From NCBI GenBank assembly GCA_019057385.1, contig JAHQJS010000006.1, positions 64,001 through 128,000 on the forward strand: a stretch of 64,000 bases of DNA, written 5' to 3'. A program made the translations under genes and the position numbers. Of the stretch, positions 50,252-60,540 are shown piece by piece. Source of the stretch: Candidatus Borrarchaeum weybense. Lineage in GTDB: Archaea; Asgardarchaeota; Sifarchaeia; Borrarchaeales; Borrarchaeaceae. How positions within the stretch are numbered: the stretch's first letter is position 1; each line of letters starts with the position of its first letter. The notes under the pieces were generated by a model. That model was not told where the DNA came from, searched no databases, and was given only the letters and a program-made list of their open reading frames with translations.

Positions 50252-51253
50252 CTAAACCAATCCTCTAATAAATCCGAGAGACCAACCAAAAAACTCTGTT
50301 ATGAAAATAAGTACTAGAGATAAATACATTTTGAAACTTAACTTATTTTTAATAACTAAATGTGTTGAGAACGCCAATATAACAATGAAATAACTCATAA
50401 TTAAGCCTATACTTATTATAAAAAGAATGGGCCACTTCAGCGCTAGCAATAATAGGATGATTATGCCGATTAGTTCAAGAGATGGAAGGATATGTATCCA
50501 TCCTAACGCTTTTTTATCCTTTTTGACTAATTGCGCCCTTCCTATCGCGTATCTGTATATTTGTTTGAAAAATTTTAGTAAAGATGTCCTATGATAGTGG
50601 AAAACTTTTGCGGACGGAGCATATAATATCTTATAGCCACTTTTTTTAAGCCTCTGGTTTAAGTCTGCATCTTCTGCAGTTATCAAGCTTTCATCAAATA
50701 AACCAATCTTATCAAAAATATCTTTATAATACACTGCATTGCAACCAGGAGCACTATTTACATATTTTTTCTCTGTTAAGACTTTAGTATGGGTAGACGG
50801 TCCTCCGCCTAAAGGTGTCGATAATGCCAGGCCAACTGCCTTAGAAAAACCATCTAAGTCTGATGGGATGGCATTTGGTCCCGTTGCGCAAACAACGCCT
50901 TCATCTCTATCTAATGCTAAGACCAAGTCATCTAACCAAGTTTTTCCAACTGTGCAATCAGCATCTGTAAAGGCAATAATGCTACCTTTTGCGATCTTAA
51001 TTCCTTCATTACAAGCACCTGCTCGCGTTCCCTTGTTTTCATACATTATTTTTGCTTCATACATGGATGCAATAAGAATAGTATCATCAGTTGAATGTCC
51101 ATCTACGATTATAACTTCCTTTTTTGGATAATTCAAGCTAAATACAGATTTTAAGCATTCATTTATTGTTCTGTCATTGTTTTTTGTTGGTAGGATAATA
51201 CTTACAAGGGGATTTTTGGTAACCTTCACTTTTTTCAGGTCCTGATATTCCAA
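50252..51253 (-). CDS. GT2 glycosyltransferase with C-terminal TM helices (paralog of 6737-7723)
   Basis: IVDGHSTDDT, AFTDADC, TAEDADL. Confidence 0.9.
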   Translation of the reverse strand: MEYQDLKKVKVTKNPLVSIILPTKNNDRTINECLKSVFSLNYPKKEVIIVDGHSTDDTILIASMYEAKIMYENKGTRAGACNEGIKIAKGSIIAFTDADCTVGKTWLDDLVLALDRDEGVVCATGPNAIPSDLDGFSKAVGLALSTPLGGGPSTHTKVLTEKKYVNSAPGCNAVYYKDIFDKIGLFDESLITAEDADLNQRLKKSGYKILYAPSAKVFHYHRTSLLKFFKQIYRYAIGRAQLVKKDKKALGWIHILPSLELIGIIILLLLALKWPILFIISIGLIMSYFIVILAFSTHLVIKNKLSFKMYLSLVLIFITEFFGWSLGFIRGLV

Positions 51254-51441
51254 TTAGATAAGTTTTACAGCATATTTCAAAAATATCTTTAGTTCATCCT
51301 TTTATGTTTAGAAAAGTAAGTCATTTTCACAAAAAAGAATTCTACATATTATATTTGAAAGATCCGCTTGACTTCACTGGGACTCAATTATAACATAACC
51401 AAAAGAATCACTTCTTTACACTGTATCACGAGAATTCATCT

Positions 51442-52185
51442 CTATTTGTAAAAAGCAATTCCGATGTTTCTAAAAATCCAATAGTTCAAGTTATATCTTT
51501 CACAAAAAATTAGAAAAGCATTTTTCAGAAAAGGTAAATTCACCACATCATGAGTTGATAGTATTCCATCTTGATTTAAATATTTAAAGGCCATATGATA
51601 TTCCCAAAACATGTGATCAAACGTATGAAGACTATCGTGAAAAAAGAGATCTATGTGACTTAACTGATTTAGCAATTTAGGGAGTAACACTGCGCTATCC
51701 CCGATAATTAATTCCCACCTATCTAAGGCTGCCTCTCGAACAAGAAAACCTTTAGGCGGCATATTTGGATCATGAGGGAGATCGATACTATATAATTTAC
51801 CGGATCCGTTTTTCTTTATTGCCTCAAGGATATGAGAACTGGATGCACCGTATAAAGTACCTGTTTCAACGACAATACTTGGCTTTAGTGCCCGGACTAA
51901 TAAATATAGAGTTTCGCAATCAAAATTGAAAGTTGTGTCACTACTATGCCCTATCATTTTAATCAATTTAGATCTTTTAGAATCATACCAAGATTTGAAT
52001 TTTGAATTAAGGTATTCAGAGTAAATCGCCTTTGTGTTGACATCAAAATTAGTGGATAAAAACTCTAAGAAATTAGCCCGTTCTTTGGTATCTGGATTTT
52101 TTTGTTCGATTAAACGTTTATATAATTTTGTAAGCACCTGAGTTGGATGCCTAATTGATTTCAATAATAATTTATGTCGTTTCAT
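51442..52185 (-). CDS. Class I SAM methyltransferase (paralog of 7998-8741)
   Basis: VVETGTLYGASS, DLFFHDSLHT. Confidence 0.85.
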   Translation of the reverse strand: MKRHKLLLKSIRHPTQVLTKLYKRLIEQKNPDTKERANFLEFLSTNFDVNTKAIYSEYLNSKFKSWYDSKRSKLIKMIGHSSDTTFNFDCETLYLLVRALKPSIVVETGTLYGASSSHILEAIKKNGSGKLYSIDLPHDPNMPPKGFLVREAALDRWELIIGDSAVLLPKLLNQLSHIDLFFHDSLHTFDHMFWEYHMAFKYLNQDGILSTHDVVNLPFLKNAFLIFCERYNLNYWIFRNIGIAFYK

Positions 52186-52457
52186 TTTTTCTCACTACTT
52201 CCACATTCTAACGTCCCCCCCATATTTACAAGATATGGGGCGCAAACTGTCTAAAAGAGATTCTATATCAAATTTTTTGAAATTGTCCATTGTTTTTTTA
52301 ATTCACAAATCACTTTTTAATTTTCGTTTTGGAGGCGTTTCAATGTTAGAAACTACATATAAGAACGTTATTTTTAATAGGGTGGCGTTATGTGTGTTCT
52401 AAAATGTATATTTTTAGAGCCACTATGAATGTAAAAAGCTGTAGAGAGAGTTATGTG

Positions 52458-53609
52458 ATGAAGATATGTGTAATTGCTCCATATGATGCTTTATCTCCAG
52501 CTTTTGGTGCTTCGGTAAGGGTTTTTAAGATAGCTATGGGGCTTAGTATTTGTGGGGCAAACGTTTTCGTGTTGCATCATGGACTTACCAAAGTGGTTAG
52601 TTCCAACCTAAGATTTGTTAATTTTAAATCGTTTGACCTAGTTTTGGGCAGTACTAACTATCTTCATCCGTTAAATCCATTTTATCCTTCTAAGTTGTCT
52701 TCTTTTTTAGAAAAAATAAATCCTGATATTGTGCAGGGAGAACAGCCTTGGAGCGCATTTCCAACGATATTTTTTACCAGACGCTATGGGGTTCCTTACA
52801 TTCTTGATGCCCATAATGTTGAGTTTTTATGGTCTATATACGCAAGTAAAATGCCTCTTTTAGCACCTTTTACTTTTCTTGTTGAAAAGCTTGCCACAAA
52901 AACCTCCTCTTCGATTTTAACTATATCAGAGATAGACAGAGATCATTTATCTCGCATATACAAAATCCCTACGGAAAAGTTTTTTATGGTTCCAAACGGG
53001 ATTGATGTATCACGTTTTGATGAAAAGCCTTCTTCGTTGAACCTTAAAAAACGGCTGGGTTTTAGTTCTGAAAGTAAGATAGTTGTGTTTCATGGTTCAA
53101 TGGGCACTAGACAAAACTATGAGGCTTCTAATCTAATTGTAGATTATATTGCTCCTAAAATTAGGTCTGCTACATTTTTAATAATAGGAAAAAACCCTCC
53201 TTTGTGGCTTAGAAAGAAGGCTAAGGCACAAAAGAACGTCTTGTTACTGGGTTTTGTCCCTAAGGTTGAAGAATATATAATGGCTGCTGACGTATGTATA
53301 GCTCCTATTCGGAGAGGATCTGGAACTAGATTAAAGTTGTTGGAATATCTTGCCGCTGGGAAACCGATAGTTTCAACCATTATAGGAGCCGAGGGATTGC
53401 CGTTAAAATCAAATGTTCATGGTATATTTTGTAAAGATATTGATGAATGTTTTATAGGTTCAATAAAAAATCTCTTATTGAATAAGGGGATTGCGAAAGA
53501 AATGTGTAAGGCCGCTAGAATGATGGCAGAGAAGTTTGACTGGAAAATCATAACAGAACAACTCTTTGAATTTTATAAGGAAGAATTGTTGGGGAAGGCA
53601 TCAGTTTGA
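52458..53609 (+). CDS. GT4 glycosyltransferase
   Basis: DAHNVE, VPNGID, GSGTRLKLLEYLAAGKPIVST. ATG 52458 is preferred as the start. Confidence 0.9.
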   Translation: MKICVIAPYDALSPAFGASVRVFKIAMGLSICGANVFVLHHGLTKVVSSNLRFVNFKSFDLVLGSTNYLHPLNPFYPSKLSSFLEKINPDIVQGEQPWSAFPTIFFTRRYGVPYILDAHNVEFLWSIYASKMPLLAPFTFLVEKLATKTSSSILTISEIDRDHLSRIYKIPTEKFFMVPNGIDVSRFDEKPSSLNLKKRLGFSSESKIVVFHGSMGTRQNYEASNLIVDYIAPKIRSATFLIIGKNPPLWLRKKAKAQKNVLLLGFVPKVEEYIMAADVCIAPIRRGSGTRLKLLEYLAAGKPIVSTIIGAEGLPLKSNVHGIFCKDIDECFIGSIKNLLLNKGIAKEMCKAARMMAEKFDWKIITEQLFEFYKEELLGKASV

Positions 53610-53678
53610 AAGTGGTCATTCAATTACGGACAAAATTCCAATAAAAATAACTGACCTAGTTCGAATCAAGAGGCGTAT

Positions 53679-54800
53679 TCAAAACGCTTTTGTCATATAC
53701 CACATCCATTGTATCGGCCCTGATCCCAAAATCCAGTTTGGTTGAGCCTCACAGAGTGTCCAACAATTCGGGCAATCTTGCTGTTTTATTAAGCTTCTTG
53801 CGTTTCTTGCTGTGTCTCCCCACCATATATCTCTAAAGTTTTTTTCTTTTAGATTACCTAGCTTTATGCTCCACTGAGTACAAGGATAAACATTTCCATA
53901 CGGGTCAATAAATGCAGAATAAGTGGCAGCAACGCAGGGAACTATCATTTTTTGAGGGTCGTTTAAAAAAGCAGGAATCTTCTTTGAATAGAATCTATAA
54001 AAGAGTGATTTAACTTTGTGGATTATATTTTTAGATCTAGTTTCATTTATCAACATTTTGAGGTAATAGTTAAAGTCATCTATTAAATCTTTCTTGAAAC
54101 TTTCATATGAGTTTTCATTAAAATTCTTACCGTAATACTCTGTAAAATGCTCTAAAGTCGGTATTATCTCTCTTATAGAAATATGATTTTTCTTAAGAAA
54201 ATGATAAAATGCCCAAAATTTTCCAGCATTATATTCTGAAATAGTATGTCCGCAACTAACAGTTAAATTGCAATATTGCTTTTTCAGTTTTTTAAGTTCG
54301 TTAAAAAGCCATATAGCGTTCTCAAAATTTCCTTTCACTCCTCTTATATCGTCATGGGTACTAGATACACCATCTAAACTTACTATAATATTAAATGCTT
54401 TATTTATGGGGATTTCATGCACTATTTTTTTAATTTTATGTAATGATCTTTTCGCCAAAATAGCATTTGTTGTCAATGATGCTACCGATATTGCTGTATT
54501 GTTGTATGCATAGGTTATTATATCCTCTACATCCTTTTTTAAAGTGGGCTCCCCACCAGTAAAGTCAATCCATCCTAAGTTTGTCCCAATTTCGTCAAAT
54601 ATCTTTTTCCAATCCTCAGTAGTAAGTTCTTCTTTAACTCTGTCGGGAGATTCTTTATAGATTTTCCAAATGTGACAGGTTTTACATCTAGAATTACACA
54701 TGAATGTAAGTGCTGCTGCAAGTTTTACTGGTAAAGGTCTTCCTATAGTCTTCCTTATTTTTGATTTTAGGATTTGAAATGCCAAAGACGTTTTTATCAC
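53679..54800 (-). CDS. Radical SAM protein with SPASM/twitch domain
   Basis: CNSRCKTC, TGGEP, VSLDG..HD.IRG, C.....FIDPYGNVYPC...CPNCWTLC. Confidence 0.9.
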   Translation of the reverse strand: MIKTSLAFQILKSKIRKTIGRPLPVKLAAALTFMCNSRCKTCHIWKIYKESPDRVKEELTTEDWKKIFDEIGTNLGWIDFTGGEPTLKKDVEDIITYAYNNTAISVASLTTNAILAKRSLHKIKKIVHEIPINKAFNIIVSLDGVSSTHDDIRGVKGNFENAIWLFNELKKLKKQYCNLTVSCGHTISEYNAGKFWAFYHFLKKNHISIREIIPTLEHFTEYYGKNFNENSYESFKKDLIDDFNYYLKMLINETRSKNIIHKVKSLFYRFYSKKIPAFLNDPQKMIVPCVAATYSAFIDPYGNVYPCTQWSIKLGNLKEKNFRDIWWGDTARNARSLIKQQDCPNCWTLCEAQPNWILGSGPIQWMWYMTKAF

Positions 54801-54841
54801 TCAGCTCATATTTCATTAATGTAAATAGCAAATATTTGGTA

Positions 54842-55846
54842 TCAGTAACTGAAATCTTTCTTTATTTGTATATGCCATCGATTTGTGCCATAAATCATTC
54901 CAAAAGTCCAAGCTATTCCTCTAATCAAATTTAAAACAATTAGGCATAACGCCTTTTTATCTTTCACTCTTAACGCTGTTGATATTCCAGAAAAAACATT
55001 TGAAATTATTAGAACTACGAAATAAGACATTGCCACAGGAAATAGATGATTTATAAAAAGACTCAGAATGGTAAAGATAACCAAACCGACATAAAAAAAT
55101 GGTTGAAGAATTAAATGTAAGTTAACATAACTTTCGCCTTTAATTCCCTCAGGATGAATATAATAGAGGAAAGTTCTGCTCACACCATACCAAAACTGTT
55201 GCTTAAAGAAAGCCCAAAGTGATGTTCTATGCTTATGCCAAACTTTTGCTTTTGGCACGAATATAATTTCATAACCAAGTTTTCTTATTCTATAACTCAA
55301 GTCAATGTCATCTGCTACAACGAGGTATTCTCTAAATTTCCCTACTTTCTCTATTAGATTTTTCCTATATGCACAATTCCACGTGGCTAAAGATTCAACG
55401 GATTTGTTATATTGACTCATTCTTTTTTGAACATCATAGCCTATACATCTAGGAATTGATTTATCGCTATTCCAAGTTTCAACTATTCCTCCAACTCCTC
55501 CCACTGTCGGAGAAGAGAAATGCTTTATTAATTGTTTTAGCCAATCTTTTGCAACTTTAACATCGCCATCTGTAAAAGCAATAATGCTTCCCTTAGCAAG
55601 TTTTACTCCAATATTTCTTGCCTTTGGTGCACCTCCTCGACTAATGCAATTATATATTGTTATAGGATATTCAGATAGTATTTTCCGGGTATCATCGATT
55701 GATCCATCATTTATAACTACGATTTCCTTATTTTCATAATCTAGATTAAGTAAGGACTCGATACAATCTCTAATTGTTTCTTCAACATTATAAACTGGGA
55801 CAACTATTGAGACTAATTCGTTTTGAGTGGTTATTTCCGACATCAA
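54842..55846 (-). CDS. GT2 glycosyltransferase with C-terminal TM helices
   Basis: VSIVVPVYN, INDGSIDDT, AFTDGD, ADDIDLSYR, FFKQQFWYG. Confidence 0.9.
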   Translation of the reverse strand: MMSEITTQNELVSIVVPVYNVEETIRDCIESLLNLDYENKEIVVINDGSIDDTRKILSEYPITIYNCISRGGAPKARNIGVKLAKGSIIAFTDGDVKVAKDWLKQLIKHFSSPTVGGVGGIVETWNSDKSIPRCIGYDVQKRMSQYNKSVESLATWNCAYRKNLIEKVGKFREYLVVADDIDLSYRIRKLGYEIIFVPKAKVWHKHRTSLWAFFKQQFWYGVSRTFLYYIHPEGIKGESYVNLHLILQPFFYVGLVIFTILSLFINHLFPVAMSYFVVLIISNVFSGISTALRVKDKKALCLIVLNLIRGIAWTFGMIYGTNRWHIQIKKDFSY

Positions 55847-56032
55847 ATCAACCGTATAATTGGTTTAAAGACCTTTGATAAGTCCTCGTAACTAATCACA
55901 GATTACCATGCTTTGACTACTAAAGTTATATTATAATTCGACATTCTGAAGATTATTGACTAACTAGCAGAGTATCCTACTTTTATTGATACATTGAAAC
56001 CTGATTTTATTGTTTAAGAGGTATAAAAGTTG

Positions 56033-56605
56033 TTAATCAAGAATACGAGAAACGAGCCATGTGGGTATTTCTTTAAAATAGAGAATGGAGAGAACTGAAT
56101 AAACGAGTAAACCATTGAAGGCAAATAAACACATACAACTCACTATAATAATAACTCGTGTGACTGGATTGTTTTGATTTGAAATGTATTTCCATCCAAT
56201 ACTATTAATTATATTGAAAGAAATTGTTATCAAAAGATAACCAATGATTAAGTAGGGCAATAAGGCCAATAATTCCCCCTGTAGAAAAAAATAATTCCAA
56301 AGTCCGAGTTTTATTGCACATGGCTCAATAAATAAGCTTAAGACGAGAGGAGAAGAGGAATACAGAAATTTGTTTGCTGATTTCTTTAATAAGGATGTGG
56401 AGAAAAGAGAATATATTCCCCAACATATGCAGATCACAAGAGGTATTCCCACAATCGTTGGACCGAGATGGGCGTAGGACCACGCGTGATAAGTTCCTAA
56501 CCTTTCCCACATTAAACCAAATGAAATACCATTAATAAAAAAGAAGATGGTTGCTCCATAAGCTTCTTTTTCCGTTTCAACCTTTAATTGCATATTTACA
56601 CACAC
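56033..56605 (-). CDS. CruF-like (carotenoid 1,2-hydratase family) membrane protein
   Basis: WERLG...WSY..LGPTIVGIPLVICICW and LFIEPCAIKLGLWNY match the two conserved blocks of the CruF/Caroten_synth family. Confidence 0.65.
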   Translation of the reverse strand: MCVNMQLKVETEKEAYGATIFFFINGISFGLMWERLGTYHAWSYAHLGPTIVGIPLVICICWGIYSLFSTSLLKKSANKFLYSSSPLVLSLFIEPCAIKLGLWNYFFLQGELLALLPYLIIGYLLITISFNIINSIGWKYISNQNNPVTRVIIIVSCMCLFAFNGLLVYSVLSILYFKEIPTWLVSRILD

Positions 56606-56633
56606 TTTAAATCTTTCATGTTTATAACAAGAG

Positions 56634-57746
56634 TTAAAAGGTCTGGAAAATTGAAATTATTTTTGGAATAGTCGCATCCCACGTATAATATTTTTCAATT
56701 AATTTTCTACCTGCCTTAGCCATCTTACGTCTCAATTCAGTATCGTTTAACAAAATTAGAGTTTTTCTAATAAACTCCTTTGTATCCCCAGGTTGAATCA
56801 AAAACCCTGTTTTATCATGTTTAACTATTTCTTTTACACCTCCAACGTTAAAAGCGACAACTGGGACGCCTGACGAAAAAGCTTCTAAGCAAACATTGGG
56901 AACTCCTTCAAGAAGGGATGGAAGGATTAGTACATCAATTTTTCTAAATATGTTAGTAATGTCCTTGTGAGGTATCATCCCTAAAAACTCCACTGGTAAC
57001 CCTTTTGATTGCGCCGCGAGAGATTCTTTCTGAGAACCATCACCAATGATAATCAATTTAGTGTTCGGTAAACGCATTGAAATTTCACGAATGATTTGAG
57101 GTAGATAAGAAACACCTTTCCAGAGTTCTAATCTTCCAATAAATCCAATATTCTTAGTTGATTTCTTTTCAAGATATGGAAAACGTGATATATCGATGGC
57201 ATTGGGGATCCACACAAGTTTGTCTCTTTTTATTTTAAATTTATTAGCAACTTTAACTTTGTCTGTTTTTGAAATTGAGATAACGCGGTCAGCTGACTTA
57301 ATAGTTGCTTTTCCAATTGATTTATCATAAAATCTTTTAAAAGCAGATTTGAATGTCCCAACAAACTTAGGGTCAGGGATTCCAACGCCTCCATGAAGGT
57401 GTAGAACTAATGGGAACTGGGCTAATTTTTTTGATAACGCCGCTTGGTTTGATATTAGGAAAAGGTAGGAATGTAAATGAACGACATCAAAGCTTTTGGC
57501 TTCTTTTAACAATTTTGGGACTATAAAACTAAGTGCGCTAATTCCCCATCCTGTCCCATATGCAGGGATTCTTTCGATCTCGATCCCATTCTTAAGCTCT
57601 ATAGGAAATGTATTGCGTGGGATTTGTGATGTAATGACTTTTACGTGAAGGCCTTGTTCAACTAATTTCCTTGAGAGGTTATAGCAATATATTCCATGTC
57701 CACTAGTTTTTGGTGGAAAGAAATTTGAAATTTGTAATATCTTCAT
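56634..57746 (-). CDS. GT4 glycosyltransferase
   Basis: MKILQI..FFPP, IPNAID, FIGRLELWKG, EGVPNVCLEAFSSGVPVV. Confidence 0.92.
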   Translation of the reverse strand: MKILQISNFFPPKTSGHGIYCYNLSRKLVEQGLHVKVITSQIPRNTFPIELKNGIEIERIPAYGTGWGISALSFIVPKLLKEAKSFDVVHLHSYLFLISNQAALSKKLAQFPLVLHLHGGVGIPDPKFVGTFKSAFKRFYDKSIGKATIKSADRVISISKTDKVKVANKFKIKRDKLVWIPNAIDISRFPYLEKKSTKNIGFIGRLELWKGVSYLPQIIREISMRLPNTKLIIIGDGSQKESLAAQSKGLPVEFLGMIPHKDITNIFRKIDVLILPSLLEGVPNVCLEAFSSGVPVVAFNVGGVKEIVKHDKTGFLIQPGDTKEFIRKTLILLNDTELRRKMAKAGRKLIEKYYTWDATIPKIISIFQTF

Positions 57747-57793
57747 TTATTTGCCCCGTTGTCTGTTAGACTTTTGTGGTTCATATTTCGAAT

Positions 57794-59131
57794 TTAGTAT
57801 GCTACCAGAAGATGAGCAGCAAAAGCAACATAGAAGCTTATTAAAAAGACTAGGAAAAGAGTTTTATCTTCAAATTCCAATGAAGGAGCTATTAAAAACA
57901 TTAATGCGAACCCTAAGTAATATGCCCAACGTTCTGGATGTAAAAGTGGAAAAATGTAGCCTAGAATAACTAGAACCGATGTAACAACGATCCAAATACT
58001 CCAATGTCTTTTAGGTATGTTCTGGTAGTTTAATACATAATAAACCAGAAATAGACCAATAGAAGTAAAGATTCTAATAGTTGGAAAAATTAAGGCATCT
58101 GGCCAGTAAGGAAAAAATCCTCGACGATTAGGATCATAATCTAGGAAGGTACCTTGTGAAACTAAAATCTGAAATCTCCCAATAGAAATGTAATAAATTG
58201 TGTAAGGATCAATAATTATCCAAAAGGGCAGCACTATAAGAATTCCTAAAGCAATAACTAAAGCAAATTTCTGCAAACACCTTTCTTTTCGTGCAAGATT
58301 AAGTATTATTAAGATAAAGAGACTTGCTGTAACAATATGAGTTGCTACACATAGAACTAGAAAAATAGTTGTTAAGATTATTTTTCTTTCCCAATAATAG
58401 AGTGCTAACAAACCAAATGTAATGGCAAATAGATTTTTTATAAGATCCGCTTCAAATCTGAGGATTACGGGTGAAAAGATGTATATCAAAGCTCCTATCG
58501 TTGCCGTTGATTCTTCGAAGCGTTCATGTAGTATTTTGTAAATTATACTCAGATTGGCGATACTAAACATAATTGAAATAACAGATATTAAATGTACAGG
58601 AAAACCAAGAGCGACAATGCCGGCTAAAAGAAAAAATGCTACTGGCTCACCAATCAAATAGAGGTTAAGTCCGCCCGGTTTATTGAAGATACTCCAAATG
58701 ATCAAATCGAAATCTTGTGCAATTGAATTCACTATTGAAAAATAAACAGGAAGATCTGCACCAACCCATTTATCGCCTCCTCTCCATAAGGCAAAAAAGG
58801 AAACGACCGCATGTAATGGAAGGAGATATCTCAATTTTATTTTTTCTAAAATCTGAATAGAGGTAATTTCAAACCCTTTTATGTACAACAAGGCGTATAT
58901 AATTGGCAAAATAATCAAAATTGGGATACTTATTAGATAAATAATTCCTCCCGGTCTTCTATAGTAATTGGCAGCTATACTTATCGATCTTTCTAAAAAG
59001 AAAAGAATAGGTTGTAAAAATATGATACATAAAATTATGAAACAAGCTACAACAGCAATAATAATGCCTTTTTTGTATTTCTGGAATATCTCATATATTG
59101 TTTGAGATATTTTGTTCACAAGATACACCAC
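57794..59131 (-). CDS. Polytopic GT-C-like membrane protein
   Basis: GADLPVY, LRFEADLIKNLFA, ATH, PERW; motifs shared with 61496-63289. Confidence 0.6.
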   Translation of the reverse strand: MVYLVNKISQTIYEIFQKYKKGIIIAVVACFIILCIIFLQPILFFLERSISIAANYYRRPGGIIYLISIPILIILPIIYALLYIKGFEITSIQILEKIKLRYLLPLHAVVSFFALWRGGDKWVGADLPVYFSIVNSIAQDFDLIIWSIFNKPGGLNLYLIGEPVAFFLLAGIVALGFPVHLISVISIMFSIANLSIIYKILHERFEESTATIGALIYIFSPVILRFEADLIKNLFAITFGLLALYYWERKIILTTIFLVLCVATHIVTASLFILIILNLARKERCLQKFALVIALGILIVLPFWIIIDPYTIYYISIGRFQILVSQGTFLDYDPNRRGFFPYWPDALIFPTIRIFTSIGLFLVYYVLNYQNIPKRHWSIWIVVTSVLVILGYIFPLLHPERWAYYLGFALMFLIAPSLEFEDKTLFLVFLISFYVAFAAHLLVAY

Positions 59132-59225
59132 TGAAACTGGATCATCTAAAGATTTTTAAAAGTTTTTTCTGGTTCCACATCAAGAAAAAAATAATTATTG
59201 TGGAGATACGAGAAAGGCGAAATAG

Positions 59226-59885
59226 ATGCCCCGAACTCTTGAAGAAGAAATAGAATATTTTGATCGCTTAGCACATAGGAAGGATGCTTTTGCTTCTATA
59301 AAGCAGAGAGTTATAGAGAAATCAAAAATTATCCGGAATTTGGTCGTTAAGCCATATAAATTTATTTTAGATTTGGGATGTGGTTCAGGGTTATTTGTTC
59401 CAATATTCCAGAACTGGACCTATCTCGGAGTAGACATAAGTTCAAAAAGCATAAAGGTCGCAAAAAAACAATTTCCACAACAGGATTTTTTTGTAGCGAA
59501 TGCATATTATCTCCCTTTTAAAGCTTCTTCAATAGGAATAGTTTTTGGAAATGGTATTCTTCATCATGTCGGTCTAAATATTTTTCGAGAATTAGTTCGA
59601 GTTATAAAACGAGGCGGAATCTTTATTGCTTTTGAACCGAACCAAAGGAATCCTATTGGTGCCAGAAAAGTAGCTACTGTCTGTGAGACTGGTTTAAAAA
59701 AGGAAGAAATAGAAACTGTTTTACAAAGGTTAAATCTTAAATATTCCATAAAAACTAAACATTGGATCCCAGATTGGTGGACTGGAATAAAACGTAAATT
59801 GGCTAGACCTATTGAAATTATTCTCGAAAAAATACCCTTTGTTAAGGAATTCGGTGGAGGTCTATTAATTTATTTCAATAAATAA
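59226..59885 (+). CDS. Class I SAM methyltransferase (Methyltransf_11)
   Basis: ILDLGCGSG, GVDIS, GILHH, RVIKRGG..EPN. Confidence 0.88.
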   Translation: MPRTLEEEIEYFDRLAHRKDAFASIKQRVIEKSKIIRNLVVKPYKFILDLGCGSGLFVPIFQNWTYLGVDISSKSIKVAKKQFPQQDFFVANAYYLPFKASSIGIVFGNGILHHVGLNIFRELVRVIKRGGIFIAFEPNQRNPIGARKVATVCETGLKKEEIETVLQRLNLKYSIKTKHWIPDWWTGIKRKLARPIEIILEKIPFVKEFGGGLLIYFNK

Positions 59886-59984
59886 TAACCTGATATGAGT
59901 ATAAGATTAGTTCAGATGCGAAAAAAAATCCCTGATGAAATACATTAATATCAGAGCCTTGAAAGTAAATCGAGATGATTTGAT

Positions 59985-60503
59985 TTGAATATAAGAATTC
60001 ATATTATGAATAAAGTAGAAAACGTAATCACTAAGTTTAAGAAGGAGCTAAATGCGCGTTCAGCGCTTCCATCCCTTTTTATGGGAGTTTTTATATATCT
60101 GCTTGTAAATTATCTCTTTGCAGGAACAGAGTTTTACCGGATAAGTCACTGGACTTTAGGACGAGGTGTAGCTCTTAACGCCATATTTACATTTAAAGTT
60201 CAGTTGATATTGAGTACTTTTTCTTCAGAGATATTTAACTCATGGTTTAAACAAATTGTTTACCAGGGAATTTCGGGGGGTATTACTGGATCTTTTGTTA
60301 AGGAGGAAGTTAAGAGTAGCATAGCCATTTGTAGCTCTACTCTACCTTTTTATGCAATTTTGGTACTATTATCAAATCTCTCACACATTGGTATGATAGC
60401 TATCTTTTTTGTTTCAGGATTTCTAATAGGCGTAGCCGGAGGGATCATTGGAGTTCTTTTTTACAAAGAAATATCGGAAGGACATGCAATGACTGAAGAA
60501 TAA
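59985..60503 (+). CDS. Hypothetical membrane protein
   Basis: About four Gly-rich TM segments, between co-oriented genes; the start may be ATG 60006. Confidence 0.6.
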   Translation: MNIRIHIMNKVENVITKFKKELNARSALPSLFMGVFIYLLVNYLFAGTEFYRISHWTLGRGVALNAIFTFKVQLILSTFSSEIFNSWFKQIVYQGISGGITGSFVKEEVKSSIAICSSTLPFYAILVLLSNLSHIGMIAIFFVSGFLIGVAGGIIGVLFYKEISEGHAMTEE

Positions 60504-60540
60504 CTCTTAGGAACAAAATGATGAAATAAAGGAGGAAAAA

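Noticed and set aside
5857-51131. Antisense ORFs that recur in both duplicated blocks (5857-6051/47464-47658, 7233-7538/50739-51131, 29642-30106/34872-35240)
   Set aside because: Their similarity is fully explained by being the reverse strand of paralogous real genes; they show no independent motifs.
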